A stretch of DNA of 64,000 nt from Macrostomum lignano (lineage: Eukaryota): assembly GCA_002269645.1 (NCBI GenBank), contig NIVC01001187.1, forward strand, positions 384,203 through 448,202, read 5' to 3'. Below, one piece after another: positions 62,601 to 64,000 of the stretch; position 1 is the first letter of the stretch; the number at the start of each line of letters is the position of its first letter. The translations under genes and the position numbers were made by a program. The notes under the pieces are model-generated. The model was not told the DNA's origin and searched no databases. It saw only the letters and a list, made by a program, of their open reading frames with translations.

Positions 62601-64000
62601 ACACAGCACCCTCAACTGGGTTCCATTTCAGTGCCTTGGCTCAGTGACTGACACAGCACCCTCAACTGGATTCCATTTCAGTGCCTTGGCTCAGTGACTG
62701 ACACAGCACCCTCAACTGGGTTCCATTTCAGTGCCTTGGCTCAGTGACTGACACAGCACCCTCAACTGGATTCCATTTCAGTGCCTTGGCTCAGTGACTG
62801 ACACAGCACCCTCAACTGGGTTCCATTTCAGTGCCTTGGCTCAGTGACTGACACAGCACCCTCAACTGGATTCCATTTCAGTGCCTTGGCTCAGTGACTG
62901 ACACAGCACCCTCAACTGGGTTCCATTTCAGTGCCTTGGCTCAGTGACTGACACAGCACCCTCAACTGGATTCCATTTCAGTGCCTTGGCTCAGTGACTG
63001 ACACAGCACCCTCAACTGGATTCCATTTCAGTGCCTTGGCTCAGTGACTGACACAGCACCCTCAACTGGATTCCATTTCAGTGCCTTGGCTCAGTGACTG
63101 ACACAGCACCCTCAACTGGATTCCATTTCAGTGCCTTGGCTCAGTGACTGACACAGCACCCTCAACTGGTTCCATTTCAGTGCCTTGGCTCAGTGACTGA
63201 CACAGCACCCTCAACTGGGTTCCATTTCAGTGCCTTGGCTCAGTGACTGACACAGCACCCTCAACTGGGTTCCATTTCAGTGCCTTGGCTCAGTGACTGA
63301 CACAGCACCCTCAACTGGGTTCCATTTCAGTGCCTTGGCTCAGTGACTGACACAGCACCCTCAACTGGATTCCATTTCAGTGCCTTGGCTCAGTGACTGA
63401 CACAGCACCCTCAACTGGATTCCATTTCAGTGCCTTGGCTCATTGACTGACACAGCACCCTCAACTGGATTCCATTTCAGTGCCTTGGCTCATTGACTGA
63501 CACAGCACCCTCAACTGGATTCCATTTCAGTGCCTTGGCTCATGACTGACACAGCACCCTCAACTGGGTTCCATTTCAGTGCCTTGGCTCAGTGACTGAC
63601 ACAGCACCCTCAACTGGGTTCCATTTCAGTGCCTTGGCTCAGTGACTGACACAGCACCCTCAACTGGGTTCCATTTCAGTGCCTTGGCTCATGACTGACA
63701 CAGCACCCTCAACTGGATTCCATTTCAGTGCCTTGGCTCAGTGACTGACACAGCACCCTCAACTGGGTTCCATTTCAGTGCCTTGGCTCATTGACTGACA
63801 CAGCACCCTCAACTGGATTCCATTTCAGTGCCTTGGCTCAGTGACTGACACAGCACCCTCAACTGGATTCCATTTCAGTGCCTTGGCTCAGTGACTGACA
63901 CAGCACCCTCAACTGGGTTCCATTTCAGTGCCTTGGCTCATGACTGACACAGCACCCTCAACTGGATTCCATTTCAGTGCCTTGGCTCATGACTGACACA
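59700..64000. repeat. 50-bp satellite (GACTGACACAGCACCCTCAACTGGATTCCATTTCAGTGCCTTGGCTCAGT), about 86 copies, continues past the window end
   Basis: Highly homogeneous tandem array; variants limited to a few sites (GGATTCC/GGGTTCC/GGTTCC; CAGTGAC/CATTGAC/CATGAC). Confidence 0.97.

Noticed and set aside
59700-64000. CRISPR-like appearance of the 50-bp array (also the 34-bp hairpin array at 5940 and the 36-bp array at 11665)
   Set aside because: Units are head-to-tail with no unique spacers, there are no cas genes, and the context is spliced eukaryotic genes.

Overview
Eukaryotic (animal) genomic DNA with four intron-containing genes, each assembled by hand from GT-AG junctions with matching codon phases. 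They are the 3' half of a HUWE1-type HECT E3 ligase (+, 1-9092), a MEC-2/stomatin-like SPFH protein (+, 13282-37630, 359 aa), a 332-aa protein with two degenerate cyclic-nucleotide-binding-like domains (+, 39365-41484), and a complete Na+/Ca2+ exchanger (NCX/SLC8; -, 58095-43921, 899 aa). Coding exons are GC-rich and rich in Ala/Gln/Glu runs. Almost every intron over 500 nt and every intergenic gap is filled by its own micro- or minisatellite (about 35 arrays, units 4-50 bp), ending in a >4.3 kb 50-bp satellite. This style suggests a free-living flatworm such as Macrostomum, which is an inference and not proven. I found no CRISPR array, tRNA, rRNA or recognisable transposase. I cannot claim a confirmed new system. 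The best leads are the repeat-fills-the-intron architecture with shared repeat cores, motif arrays (DR1, CCAAT, splice-donor consensus), the orphan degenerate CNB protein and the altered Ca2+ site in NCX CBD2.
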